Source: Geosiphon pyriformis uo1 (taxonomy: Eukaryota > Fungi > Glomeromycota). From it: 64,000 nt of DNA. The notes beneath the pieces are model-generated. The model was not told the DNA's origin. It searched no databases and saw only the letters and a list, made by a program, of their open reading frames with translations. Both the position numbers and the translations under genes were made by a program. The stretch lies in assembly GCA_016748015.1 (NCBI GenBank), contig JAAOMT010000040.1, positions 682,001-746,000 of the forward strand, written 5' to 3'. Below, piece after piece: positions 26,873 through 41,053 of this stretch; the stretch's first letter is position 1; each line of letters opens with the position of its first letter.

Positions 26873-26875
26873 TAT

Positions 26876-29800
26876 TTTTATTATTATATTTTATAAGTAT
26901 AATTTAGTTATTATCTAGTACATAAAATCAAATTAAATAATTTTAATTAAATATAACTTATGTTATTGTTATATGTGACCAGTTATTAAACCAATTTAGA
27001 CAATACTAAACATTTATACATACAATTAAATCATTATTAATGTTAGAATAAAACACATAAAACACATGTTTATTAAAACTTCTGTTATTAACTCAATAAT
27101 ACTAAACATATAAACCATTTTATTTGACAAATCTAAACAAAATATATTAAGCATTTTTAATATTATATTATTATTACTTATTAATTCAGCTTTTTTTGTT
27201 TTTAATTTAAGCTTAATCTTAATTAATTATATTTTATACTAATAATATTTAACTAATTAACAAAAAAAAATTATTAATATAAAAATTTCACCTTTTTTAT
27301 TATTATATATTACTAAAACATTTTTGAGTCAATTCTTAAAAACAAAACTTTTGCAAAGCACTATATACAACTCAATATTTAAAAGACAAAAGAAAAAAAA
27401 CTATAATACCAAAAAAAACATAAATGCTTTTCTACTAGCCAAAAATTTTTAAAACTTAATATAATCTATAATTAAATTTTTTTGCCAATTTGCATTACTT
27501 GAACATATAAATAAATAATCAAAAAATTCTACTTCTTTCTAAAATAAACATAGAATACCTAAATATAACTTGTTATATAGCTTTTTTTAAATAATAATTG
27601 AAAGTTTTTCATAAATAACTTTCATTATATAAGTTCTAAGACCAGTCATAATTTGGTTAGTAATACTAGCTAATATATAAAAATCAGAATGTTAAATCAA
27701 AGCCAATTAAACTTAATTAATATCACAAATAAAATAGTTGGCTGTAATTTTTATATTAGAATTTGCTTTTTAATATACACAAATAATTTTTTTATAAATA
27801 TTTTTTTAAAATTCCAATAAAAAGAAACAAAAAAATCAGTGGTTATTCTAACCAGTTTATTAGTTTAATTATTATTAAAAACACCCAAATAATTGTTAAT
27901 TTTTAATCAAACTATCAAAATATTTTTGTTTTTTATTAAATTAACAATATAATATTTCTTCATTCAACACCAATTGCAAAAATCTGGGTTGAACAAACTG
28001 AGTTCCAAAGTTTATATATTAATAAGTACTTGGCTATTTAAATAAGACTTCAATATTAAAAAAACATGTATTTTAAAGCCAAAACAATAGCTTATAGCTT
28101 AGCCATTATAAAAGACATTATTCTAAAGACTATAAAACCAATATTTATGTTCACATTTGAGAAATATTCAGCCATTTCTGACAAATCAAAATTTTTTAGT
28201 AAGTTATTAATATAAATATCAAAAATATTAGCCCAAATTTTATGCAAAATTTTTTTTATTAACTTAAAATTATCTAATTCTAAGACATTATAAGACAAAA
28301 AATTAAAAACAGTATTTTTATATTTAATATTAAATAACTTACTTTTTAAAAAAATAAATGTTATAATGAATTATAATAAAACAAAATCTCTTGGATTTAG
28401 TCTTTTTTAACAATAAAAAATTTTTCAAAACATTAATAATCTATGTTTATTCAAAAGTCAATTAATAAAAACAACACCAAAATGCTTCAAAAATTGCACA
28501 ACCTTAAAGTAAACTGTTTTTTCTAAGATATTAGACATTAAAAACCTGTTTAAATTGCAAAAAACATTTAATAAGTTGTTTATTAATAAAAACTTATTAA
28601 TTAAAAATACTTTTATTATTTCAATAAAAAAATTGTTCATAAAACTAACTCTTAATCTAACAAGATACTGCAAAAAATTGGCTAAAACTCAGTCCAAAAT
28701 CTGTAAATTTAAAAAACAATGATCAAAAAAACAGCTAAAAACATCTTTAAAATTTGTAAACATAATTACTGAAGCCATTTTATCTTCAATTTGTAATTAC
28801 TTAAAAAATTTCAAGTTGTACAACAATAAATAATACAATACTTCATTTGAAAAGTTTCTAAACAACTCTGTTTTTAATTTTAATTTTTTTCTAATTATGA
28901 TGTTTTATTTTTGGTAAATATTAAGTAAAACAAAACTAAACTGCACACAGTAATTAATTATAAAATATAAAACTACTAAAACCAAGTAATAAAACTACTT
29001 ATTTAAAATTGTTTTTTTTTAAAATTATATTTGCAAAAAATTTAATATTAGAATAAACTTTGGCCAAACTGAACTTAAACAAATTTTTAATGAAAAAAAA
29101 TATATCCAAGTATTAATATAATTTACTCTTTTTTGTAACTAATATAAAATCTTTACTGATTCTTAATAAAATATTTTTTACTTTTTAATTAATAAAAATA
29201 ACTACTGTTTTATTATTATTTATTAAAATATTATTGATTTTAAAGAATTTACTTGTAATATCTAAAATATATTATTCTCAATTAAAAAAAACATCTTAAA
29301 AAATTTATTTGCATCTAAATATGACTAAATTTGCATAAAAAAATTAAAATTTATAATTGTTTCTAAGAAGAAAGCTTTTACAACTTTAGAAACCAAAACT
29401 TCTAATTTGCAAAATTTAAAAAACTGCTTATTTTTAAAATTACCAAAATTTTTAAACTTATTTTTTAAAAAATTTTATCTGCTAATTCTACTATTATTTT
29501 TTTAAAAAATCTTATATTGCTTTCAAATTGTTCTGTTTTTTTGTACTTTAAAACTTATTTAGCATTAAAAATATTTTTGCAGATAAAAAATCTTTAAATC
29601 TAGCTTATTTTGCATTATTCATATTCTTAAAACCAAACTTTTATTGATTTTTATTAGCATGTTTTCAAATAACATCTAGATATTTGTTCAAAAAACTGTC
29701 TAATTCAATAAAAACTATTATAGTTAAATAGTTAATATTAAAAAATTCAAACACACTACTAATTTCTTATTTAATTACAGCTATTAAAAAATGTTTGCTA

Positions 29801-32158
29801 ACAAGAATATAATTAATAATTTTATTTATACTTCTTAAATTATTTTATATTAAAAGCTTAGCAGCAAAATTATTCAAAAAAAAATTGTTTAAACCCAAAT
29901 TAAAACATTTTTTAAAATTTGCACTTTATTTCATATTGTTTTATTAAAATTATCTCTTAATATTACATAAATCTTAAATTAATTACATTAACAATATAAT
30001 AGTTTACTTTACAAACCTAACTAAACTACATACAGGCCAAAATCTCAACATATAAACTCAAAATTATTACTGAAAACTTATTGTTAAACAACAGACAAAT
30101 AAAGAAAATATAACCTGAAATTTCAAAAACTTTATATATATATTAGATAAAAGTATTATTTATTATTATTACAACTCTTGTATTCAGATAACCAAAGTTC
30201 AAACCAGAAACAAAACTTTAAAATTCAAAAATTTGTCTTTAATTTATGATTTGGTTTGTTTTTTTAACTTTGTTACAATAATTATAGAAACCAAATTACC
30301 AAAATTTTTGTGTCATTTAATAATACTTTTCTGTTTGGCCAAATTGTTTATATCTTTAATATTACTAATAGCAAATTTCTAAAACAAATCATTTATTAAG
30401 ATAAAAAAAAACCAAAAAAACTGAATTAATAAACAATTAATTTAGCTTTACTAAAACTGAATCAATCAAAGTCTTAAAAGTTATCAATTTTAACTTTAAA
30501 CTATTTATTTTAGTAGTTAAAACTTTAATACTATTCAGATTTAACATTAAAATTTCAATACTTATCAATAAAAAAAAAAGTGGATAATACTTATAAAATA
30601 TTTAAAACTATGCTCAAATTCAATATTAGATTAAACTCTATAGAATTTGCTAAAATAAAAAAATAAAAAAATCAATAGCACTAAATCTATATTATTTAGT
30701 TTGTGTATAATACTAAATACTTAATTAGTTAACAATTTCAAAGACTATTACAGAGACACCAAGCAAGTATTAATAAATAAAACATCTTGCAAAAAATAGA
30801 AACAAAAATTTTAATTAAAATACATAATATTAAAAAAAAAAGAACTAAAGCCAAAAACAAAATAAATAGTATTAAAAACAAGACTAATAAGACCACTTAA
30901 GCCCAAAACTTGTCATTAAAAGCAGTAGAATATGAGATAAAAACACTTTTTTTGGCATATAACTTGGCCAGCTAAAAATAATTTTTGTTGAACATAGGCT
31001 TTTTATATATTTTTTTTAAAAAAAAGTTAATGTACTTAAGATATTGTATTTTAAAGCAAAATATCTAAAATATTTATATATTTTACACTAAATTAAATTC
31101 AATTTAATTCAAAAAAACTTAATGTCACCCAAAATTGACTTTGTACAAAAGTCTGTTTTTAGATTTTTTTCTAATTCAAAACTAACTATAATATAGTAAA
31201 CTCTATTATTAGTTTCAAAAAACTAATTAATAATACAAGTTTTCTTACCAGCTCTTTTCAATAAAGTATTGAGATTATAAACTATTGTTTTTACAGACAA
31301 AATAAATAACAGCATCTTAAAACAGTCTTTAGACATTCAAATATTATGATTCCTTATAGTTTTAACTATATACACAAAATTTTTTTTAATTAAAAATAAT
31401 TACTTAAATGCTAACTGATTTGTCTAATTCAATTTAGCAAATTTTACTATAGTCTTTTACTACAATTCAATTAGTTGTAATTAAATTAACATAATCTGTT
31501 TAAATTTGACTACTATAATAATAATTATATCTTTTGACATATTTATAAGATTTTTTTTGATGATTACAGTCTAATCTAAATAAATATCTTGTCTTTTAAG
31601 ATTGATGTTTACTTTAATATCTTTTTTTTTAGCCAATAATACAGCTTTTTTTATGCTTTTCTTTAATGTAAACATAAATTTGATGATTTTTTCAAATTTT
31701 AAAAAAATATTTGTCTCTCTAAAACTATTGACTGTTGAAAAAAATTTTCCAATTGTCTGAGTTTTTGTGGTTAATAATTTGTTTTTTACTGCTAAATAAT
31801 TGATATTTAATGCAAAAAAAATTTTAACAGTCATTTTTATTTGAGTTTTAATAATTTTGAAATCAATCTATTTTCTGTTTAAGAAAATATTAAGAAGAGA
31901 TAAGAAATGTTTAACATTTTTTTCAATTTTGAAATTAAGAGAATCAAAGAGAAAGCCACAATATATGCCAGTATTTATTTTTTAATTTTAGAAATAACAG
32001 CAACTGAATTCAAAAAAGATTTACTATTAATGTCAATCATAATATTACTGCCTTTACTATTACTAAACTCACTGTTTATATTCGAATATACACCAATACC
32101 AGAACCAGACTTGATCAAAAAACATTTTTTTTGTTATTAAAGTGTTTAATATTACCAA
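26876..32158 (-). mobile_element. Old, heavily eroded non-LTR retrotransposon related to the 41.7-48.5 kb element; RT core deleted, 5' end truncated
   Basis: Minus-strand translations are collinear with the younger copy: ORF1 (VKIFFALNINYLAVKNKLLTTKTQ vs VKKSFALDINLSAVEEKSATLKTQ), endonuclease (FVSGLNFGYLNTRVVIIINN), SLAKVYSNIKFFAN, RNase H region (28092-28298), LCKSFVFKN, 3' UTR (ttgtctaaattggtttaataactggtcaca) and poly(A) relic. Confidence 0.85.
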
Positions 32159-32361
32159 TGTTACCAGTAAAATTTTAGTCAATAATTAATATAAAATTAC
32201 TTTTATAATTTTTATTAATAATTAGCATATATTATTATTGTTTTATTTATTACTTATTATTTAATCAAATTATTACAATATTTTTATCTAATTAATAATT
32301 CAATTTGTATAATGCACTAATATAACCAAATATAATAATCAGATTATGCAATATTTCGAAC
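32159..32361 (+). repeat. About 200-bp direct repeat, copy 2 (LTR-like; possible 5' LTR of the gypsy-like relic)
   Basis: tgttaccagtaaaattttag...ataataatcagattatgcaatat matches 26672-26872. Confidence 0.7.
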
Positions 32362-35300
32362 TTAATAATATTCAAAAATTTGTCGAAATTTGTAAAAAAT
32401 CTTAATAGTATACCAAAATAATTCATAGTTTGTGAAAACAATTTGTAGTTTACTGAAATATATTTTTAATTTATTAAAATTGTAGCAAAAAAAAAGTTCA
32501 AGTTTATAGACTAGTACTATAACAAGCTGTATAAAAGAAAAACTTTTTTCTTTAAAAAAATATATTTTGTTTTGAAATCACAATTTTAACTAAAATTAGC
32601 TTCATTAAAAAAAATCTTTCTTAGTATTAATACAAATTATTTCATTAAAAACCATCTTAAAAAACAAACAAAAATTACAATTAATTTACTTGAAATTTTC
32701 TGAATTTTTATTAATATTTTAAAATTGATTTGTTATTAATTTTGGTAAATCTATTAGTAACTTCAGGCCTAAACAAAAAACAAGTCTCTTAAAAAAATTA
32801 TATTTTTTTATATTTTTTATTATATATATTAAAATAGTCTACAGACAAAATTTCTGTAAAAAAATTAACTTTCACAACAAAATAACTACATATTTTATTA
32901 AACTTTCAGATAAGCATTTTCTGAAAAAAATTTGACTTTTACTGCAAAGTAATTACACAAAATAACTAGTACAGAATTGGCTATACTACTTATAAACTTA
33001 GCAATTTAAATTATAAAAGATAATTTGAAAATAAATTCAGTTATTAAAAGTTTAACAGCTTTCAATAAATTGAAATTACCAGCAAAATAATATTAACAAT
33101 ATTCAAAAAAAGAAACTAAAAATCCCCAATAATATTTGATGCTCTTTTACAAATTAATACAGCAACAATAACTTTAAAGTGGCAACTGTTTCAAACATAA
33201 CAACTTTAGAGTATTATTAATTAGTTTATATTTACTGTAAACAATAATTTGAAATTCGAAATAAAATCATAGTTTTTAAATAAACACTTTTTCAATACAT
33301 TAAAAATTGAATTAATAATTACTTTTTTGAAAATTACAATATTATAGAATTTAAGTAAAATCTTGAAAATCTCATCTATTACTTAATTAAAAACCCAAAA
33401 AATATTAGTGCTGATAACTGTATTACTTATTTCAAAGAACTTAATTACAATATTATCAAATTTTGTGAAGAAAAATATCTTGCCAACTCACAATTTGTTA
33501 TTAAACTTAAATCTGAATCCAAAACAAAAAAAAAGACAAAAAAAACGCTGACTAGTTTATATAATGTCTAACATTCCAAAAACAACTTTTTAGCCTTTGT
33601 AAACACCTAAATAAAGAACCAATTCTAAATTATCACTTTTAATTACTCTTTTTTTAGCTTTACTTGTTCAAACTTAAATATTAAATTTATTATTTAGCTG
33701 TTTTTTGAGACTAAAAGGCTTTATATTATCAAAAAACCCAATACAACAGCTTAAACAAATTTTTATCAACACAAATCTTCTTAATTACTTACTAGAAAAC
33801 CAGAGTAATCACTCTGATAATATAGACAACAATAAAAACGTTTTTGAATTCACTAAAAAAAACTGCTAAAAACAAAAACACAAAAAAAAAGATATTATTT
33901 ATATTGCAAAAATCACTAAATTTACAAGAAAAAATACTGATACTAGTAACTAAGAATAGCTTGACAAAATTTCAAAAGCAAGAAATACAAATTATTGAAA
34001 TACAACAAAAATACTAAAAATTATTTCTTATTTTTTTCAAAGAACAGCAAAAAAATGGTTTAAAAATTAGTAAGCATTCAAAAATGCTTTTTTGGAACAA
34101 TTTATTAACAACAATATCTTAATTATATTTTAAAATCAGTTTCAAAACATAAAACAAGAACTTTTTGAATTTGTTATAATCTATTTAAAAAAGTTCAACA
34201 AGCTTTTTTGATGAATTTGCCAATTAGAAACCAATAATTATTATTTCAATGCACAAATTTTGGACCAATTTACTACTAAATTGAAAAATAAATTATTTAA
34301 AAAAGTTAGTTTACATGCTCCAAAAAATTAAGTAACTGTTATTTAATATGTTAAAGTCTATAAAATAGCTATAAAAAAAGCCAACTGTAACAGAAATTCA
34401 TCAACTTAGTTATTAAAAATACTAGCTCAATAGCTAAAAAAAAATGACCAATTGACCAAAAAAGTTGAAAACTATTTTACTAATTAACAATGACAACAGC
34501 AACAAACATACCAATTACTACAATAATTCAACCAAAACAATTATTTATTATTATACAACAATTAACTACAAAACTATTATTATTGTGAAATTTTAGAACA
34601 CTAAAAACAAAATTGCTAAAAAATATAACAAAATTAGCAATTAAAGAATAATTAACATTATTTTTAATATTAACAGTTATATTATTAATTTTTGTTATTA
34701 GTATACTATTTATCTATATTCCAATATTAAAACAACTATTATTAATTAATTTTATAGTTAATACAATTACAATACCAACAATTTTTACAGATTTAACAAT
34801 ATTAATAAAACTACCAATTTAACAATACCAAATATTTGCAAAAAAAGTGATTTGACAAAACCAATTTTTACTTCAGAATTGATTTACAATTAACAATAAC
34901 AGAATTAATACCAACAACTAATTAGTTTTCTAAAATAGTTTACAACAAAAATTTACATATTATTATACTCAAAACAATTATTTAATAATGCCTAAAGAAC
35001 AGAATTTTTAATAAACTGTACTTTTTAAAAGTAAAACTATAGCAATAAGATAAAATCTTTTAACAACTATTATATTATCTCATCAGTTCAGATTACTAAA
35101 AATGCCAACTTTTAAATATTTTTTTATTTAAATTCAAAACAAATAAATTATCATTTTTGTTTAACAATATACTGTTACAGAACAAAAAACAATTACTGTT
35201 ATATATATTGAAGCTAAAGTTAAAGAAAAACCAATTTAATTAATCTTAGATAATAAATTTACCAGAAACATTATTATCTATTAATTAATATAGTAGCTCA

Positions 35301-35544
35301 AACAAAATATTAACAAAACAGCTCAAACAATTATTGTTATAATCAATAATATAAAAAAAATTCCAGTTGGAAAAAATTGATAATTTTCTATTCACAATTA
35401 GTGAAATTATAATTTCAGTCAAAATTTTAGTTATAAATGTATTCTAATATTAAGTTTTTGTTAGAAATAATTGGCTTCTTAAAGCCAATACAAATTTAAA
35501 TTAAAAAACTCAAGAATTCAAGATTTTATACTAAAAACAATATA

Positions 35545-36898
35545 CAGGGGGGTATAAAAAGTATTGGACACTTAATATAATATATAAAAAAGGCTATATA
35601 TTGTAATACCATTATCAATTAAGCCATAATTTTTTTTATAATTACTTATAGTTATAATCTACAAATCAACATAAATCGCGTCCTTGTAAAACACAACAGT
35701 GGATTATATGTGTATATATAAAATATCAAATATTTTTGTTATAAAAAAATTTACCACATTAAATATGTCTTGGAAAAGAACTTTCTGAATACCAAAAAAG
35801 AGGGATTATTTCTGCAAAAAAGTTAGGACATACAAACAGTGAAATTTTTATGACTATTAGATGTTTACATTCTTCTATAATACGTGTATGGAAGTCATAC
35901 AAGCTAAAAAAACTTCCTAAAAAACAAATAGACTGACCACAAATTCTTGACAAATGCACACATAAACAACTCAAATATTCAATAATAAAGAATAAAGAAA
36001 CCTGCCACTAAACTTTTTCTCAAATACAATTAAATTTTATTAAAGATACTAACAAATCTATTTCTATACAAACTATTCGAAATGGATTAGCTCAAGAAAG
36101 ACTTTGCTTGTGCATTTCTCATTTCAAGCCATTAATTTCCAAATAAAATAAAGAAAAATGTTTACAATAGGCTTGTACTTATGAAAATTAGACAGTAGAA
36201 GATTTTAACCAAGTTGTTTAGTCAGATGAATCTACATATACACAATTTAGAAGTACAGGATTTGGACGTGTATAGTGTAAACCTTCTCAAGAGTTTCATA
36301 AAAATTGTATTACAGCCACAGTTAAAAAAAGCTTTGGTCGCATGTTTTGGAGATATATTTCATGGGTTAGTTTGGGTCCTTTAGTTCCTTTGGTTGGTTA
36401 TATTACTTGAGTTATACACCATAAAACCTTGGCTAATTATGCAATTTCTAGGGTAAAACTTCATGCAAAAAAAACTAAAAAAAAGTTTTTTTTTTCAGGA
36501 AGACAATGCACCAATTCACACATCAAAAGTCACACATTTTTTTTTTATCTCTTCAAATGTTGAATTACTTCTTTGGTCACCACAAAGTTCTGATATTACT
36601 CCAATAGAAAATTTTTGGTCATATATTGAAGTTAAAATTCATTAACATAATTCACAACTCTTAAATATTGTACAATTGGAACAGTGGATTAAAGAAGAAT
36701 GAGATGCGATATCTGTAAATTATTATAATAATTTGATCAAGTCTAGTCACGTTGAGTTTAAGCTATTCTTGAAGCAAATAGAGGTCAAACAAACTACTAA
36801 CATGTATTTTAATATAATAATAAAAAATTAACGATTCATAAGTTAGTTCTTTAATATAATATATTATAAAAGTGTCCAATATTTTTTATACCCTTTTG
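35545..36898 (+). mobile_element. Tc1-family DNA transposon (DD34E), complete ends, pseudogenised transposase
   Basis: 29-bp TIRs caggggggtataaaaagtattggacactt / aagtgtccaatattttttatacccttttg; TA on both sides; SDES, QEDNAPIH, WSPQSSDITPIENFW with 34 residues between D and E. Confidence 0.95.
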
Positions 36899-38253
36899 TA
36901 ACAGAGTATTTGCTATTTGTGATATATTTAAAAAGTAATCAGAAAAAACTCTTGTGTTTAAGTTTGAAAAAAAAAACCAATTGGCAAAACTTACATAATT
37001 TTTGGATTAACATCTAATTAAGCTAAAAAAACTGAGCAGTTATTTAAGACATTTACATTATAACTAATATTATTATGATCCAAAAAAACTAGTTAACAAT
37101 CTACTTCCACAATTAAATTAATTAACAATTAGTATATTCTATGTTCAAAATCAGAACCAAAAAAACAATCACTTTATATTCTACTTAAATACAAAAACTA
37201 CAACAAAAAACTTTCATTTATAGAAGCTTGCATATCACCAGAAAAAAAATATAAAATTTGTATTTGCTATTACTGTAAAACCTGTTATTAAGGATGATTT
37301 AACAGTCTAAAATAAAGCAGAAAATAAAATAAAATATTTTGTCTTAAATTTAAAGAATTATTGCCAAAGAAATACAACTAGATTAATATTATAATAAGAG
37401 AAAAAATATGAAATTAGATCTGCCAATATGTCTTATTAATTGCCAAAAAAGTTAAAAGAGAAACTCTATTCAATATAGTATACAAAAATATTTTTAATAA
37501 ACTATATTATTATTCTTATGATGCTAAAATAATCTATAAACTAAAAATAATTTTGATGAATAAAAAAACCCAAAAAAAATTTTCCAAATAAAAAATCTGA
37601 ATACATTGAATATATATTTAAAATTGCTAAATACGACTATAAAGATAAAATAAAAGTATACTACCAAATTATAAATTACAATTAATTAAATAATAATTAC
37701 AATAAGAATACCAAAACTTATAAACAGTATATTAATAGTTTTCTTAAAAAATTGTCTAAAATTATATTAAATTAGCAATTGACATTAAAAAAAAAGCATC
37801 ATTATAAAAAAACAATAAAAAAAACATTTAATTTCACAAATATTAATAAAATTTGATTAAAAAAAAACTTCAAATTATGTTTTAATTTATTTAATTATAA
37901 AACTACAAAAGAGAAAATATTATTAAAAAGTATTCTAAAAAGAAATAAAATTAATTTATTATTATTAAAAATCTTATTAAAAAAAACTATTTATGTTCAA
38001 AATTTATTACTAAAAGCTATCAGATAAAATATAGAAATGTTTTTTTTATAAAATATAGTCAACTAAAAACAATTAATTTTCAAAGTATGTATTTATAAAA
38101 CTTTATAAAAAAACTTTTAAAAAAATCACATTCAATTTCAAAAGAATCAAATTTTTTACAATTTTTACAATAAATTAAATTCAGTTTGACTTATAAAAAA
38201 TTAATTTTACTAAAAACAATAATAGTATAATAAGCTTAATCTATAATTACATA

Positions 38254-39526
38254 CAGTCTGGTAAAAAAAATTGGAAATATAAAAATAATTACTATGTCTT
38301 AACTAATGTACCAAATTATATAAAACAACTTTTATTAGAAAGTCAAATACTATCTAATTTTATTAAAAAAATTTAATAGGAAATTCTTTCACCATTTGTC
38401 TTAATTATTATTTTACAACACTTTTTCATTGATCCTACTAACTTAATTAAGATAGATTTAGGAATATCTTGTCACTCTTCTCCCATAAATCTTTCTAATT
38501 CACTACAATTTTGAGGCATTCTTTTTTTTACATTTTTTTTAACAATAGCCCAAAGGTTTTCTATTGGGTTTAAGTCGAGACTATTAGATGGCCACTCCAA
38601 CAAATCAGTTGTATTCTCAGCAATAAACTCTTTAGCAAGTTTGCTAGTATGCTTGTGGTTATTATCTTGTTGGAATTGCCAATTATTCTTCAGCATTGCT
38701 TTAATTTTAGGTAAGTGGTTATGAAAAATATCTATATAAAATTGAGCATTCATTATTTGAACAAAACAGAATAAACTAGTCTTTTTTTTTTCGTAGAAAC
38801 TCCCACGTGAGAATTTTTGTTTGATCTTTAGGTATAGGACAAATTGGTCGAGTACCTTTATGTCAATGTTTTATCATATTTTGAAAAATTTGAAAAGATG
38901 TTTCATCAGTAAAAACTGTTCTTTTCCAATCATCGTTCAGGTGTTTTTGGCCCATTTTACACATTTTTACTTATGCTCTTTGGTTAGCATTGGAGTTGCT
39001 TTAGGAAGACTTTTTTTATAATTAAGGTTAGATAAATAGTTTTAAATAGTAACATGAGAAACATTTATTTCCTTCTTAGCCAACTTTATTGCTAAATATC
39101 AGACAAAACTGAGGAATCTTTACAAATAATCTGCCCTAATACTTTTAAAGAATTTCCCATAATCTTTCTTGGCCGACTATTACTAATCACATGCTTTATT
39201 GTTTCTTTTTTTTTGAGTTTTTCGAGGATATTATAGATTTTAGAAAGGAGTATATTCGTTTTATTTTGTATTTTTTTCGCCTTTTGTATTCCTTGCTTCC
39301 ACAAATATAATATAACTTGCTCTTATATTTTTTGCTTTGAAGTAAACATTTCAAAGACAAGTTTTAAAATAAACTATTAGTTAATATGCGAGAAAATGTT
39401 TTTAAAGCTCAGCCACTTACCTAATATTCTGTTTTCATTTTTACCATCACAAAACTTATCAAAAAAGTTAAACCAAACGCAATCTTAGTAGATTCATATT
39501 TTTCTAATTTTTTTCTTATCAGATTG
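38254..39526 (-). mobile_element. Second Tc1-family DNA transposon (DD34E), different family, pseudogenised
   Basis: TIRs cagtctggtaaaaaaaattggaaa / tttctaatttttttcttatcagattg with flanking TA; FTDET, QQDNNHKH, WPSNSLDLNPIENLW with 34-residue spacing; HTH-like N-terminus at 39092-39304. Confidence 0.93.
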
Positions 39527-39868
39527 TATCTGACTTTATTATAATTAATAAAAAATCTATTAATTATATAAGTTTTTTTATTAGTCTTTTTTAACAAATC
39601 TTTAAGATTATATATTATGTATTTATAAACAAAATAAACAACATAATCTTATACAGATTTTTTGTGTTTAAGTCAATCTATTTAAATTTGTTTTAATAAT
39701 ATGTACAGAATACTTGCCAATTAAAAATATTTTTTTAAAAGCCAACAAATTAGTCTGAATTAATTTGGTAAATTTTATTATAATCTTTTATTACAGACTT
39801 ATTAATTATAACTTGATTAATATTACTGTTTTAAACTTAAATAAAATTAAAACAATATTTTTTAGAAT

Positions 39869-41053
39869 ATTATTACTTATAAAATAATCAAGAAAAATAA
39901 TTAATAATTAAATATAACATAAATTAGCTAATTATATATTAGATAACATAATACCAAAAATTTTAAAAATACTATTAAGAATATCAAAATTTTTAAAAAT
40001 ACCAAAATTTCAACTATAATTTAAAAAAATATAGAAATCATTAAAAATTTCAGAAATCTCCTATTACACCAATTTATATATATATAATAATAGTATTAAA
40101 AGCATAAAAAATAACAATCCTTTTATTAAATTTTTTTCAAATAATTTAATAATTAAAAATCTAATATTTAAAATGAAATTTACTTTGAATAAAATTACAA
40201 TAAGTTATTTACTATCCAAATTTTATGAATTAATATTGATTTTATTGAAAATTACTTATTTTAATTAATATTAATAGCATTTATTCAAAAATTCTAACAA
40301 TATCAAAATATTAATTTGTTATTTTATTATTTCTTTTTTTTTTACTTTTTTGTTTTATTTGTTTTATTGTTTCTATTAATTAATTAAGAAAAAACATTAA
40401 GATTACAATATTAAAAATTGTTTGATAAAAAATGCAAAAATAACCATAAAATTAATTTATTGATATATTAAATTGTTTACCAAAAAGATAAAAAATATTA
40501 ATATAAACTAATTATTATGCCAATAAAGTTAAATATTAATATTACTTATAAAATAATATAAGAAACTAATTAATAGTTAAATATAACATAAATTAGCCAA
40601 TTATATATTAAGAATTAGTAGATAATATAACAACAAAAATTCTAAAAATATTAGCAAAAATGTTAAAAATTCTAGTAATGACTTAGAAAAAGTATAAAAA
40701 TTATTAAAAATTCTAAAAATTTTGTATTATAAAAATTTATATATATATAATAATAGTATTAAAAGCAGAAAAATAACAATTTTTTTATAAATAACTTTAA
40801 CAATTAGAACTTAATATTTAAAATAAAATTTTTCTTAATAAATTACTAATCAATTATTTACTATCAAAATTTTATAAATTAATATTCATTTTATTAAAAT
40901 TACTACCAACCAATACTAACTATATTTATCTAATAATACTAAAACAATAACTCTTAATTATGATTATTAATAAAATATTAGTTTTATATTTTATTATTTT
41001 TTTTGTTTGTTTTATTCTTTTACTATTTAATTAAGAAAAAAATTATTTTTTAC
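39869..41053 (+). repeat. Two diverged direct repeats of about 520 bp (39869-40407 and 40540-41053), probable decayed LTRs
   Basis: Shared blocks tattacttataaaataat, aaatataacataaattagc, atatatataataatagtattaaaagca, aattaagaaaaa...ttaca. Confidence 0.75.

Larger units (their letters stand above)
32362..39860 (+). mobile_element. Degenerate Ty3/gypsy-like LTR retroelement body (gag and aspartic protease relics), interrupted by two Tc1 elements
   Basis: Retrotransposon gag relic at ~34080-34330 (AFLEQF...FQNIKQE...YLKKFNKL...AQILDQF); protease relic at ~35200-35544 (LILD..., IPVGKIDNF..., NNWLLKANTNL); no RT or integrase recognised; boundaries approximate. Confidence 0.7.
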
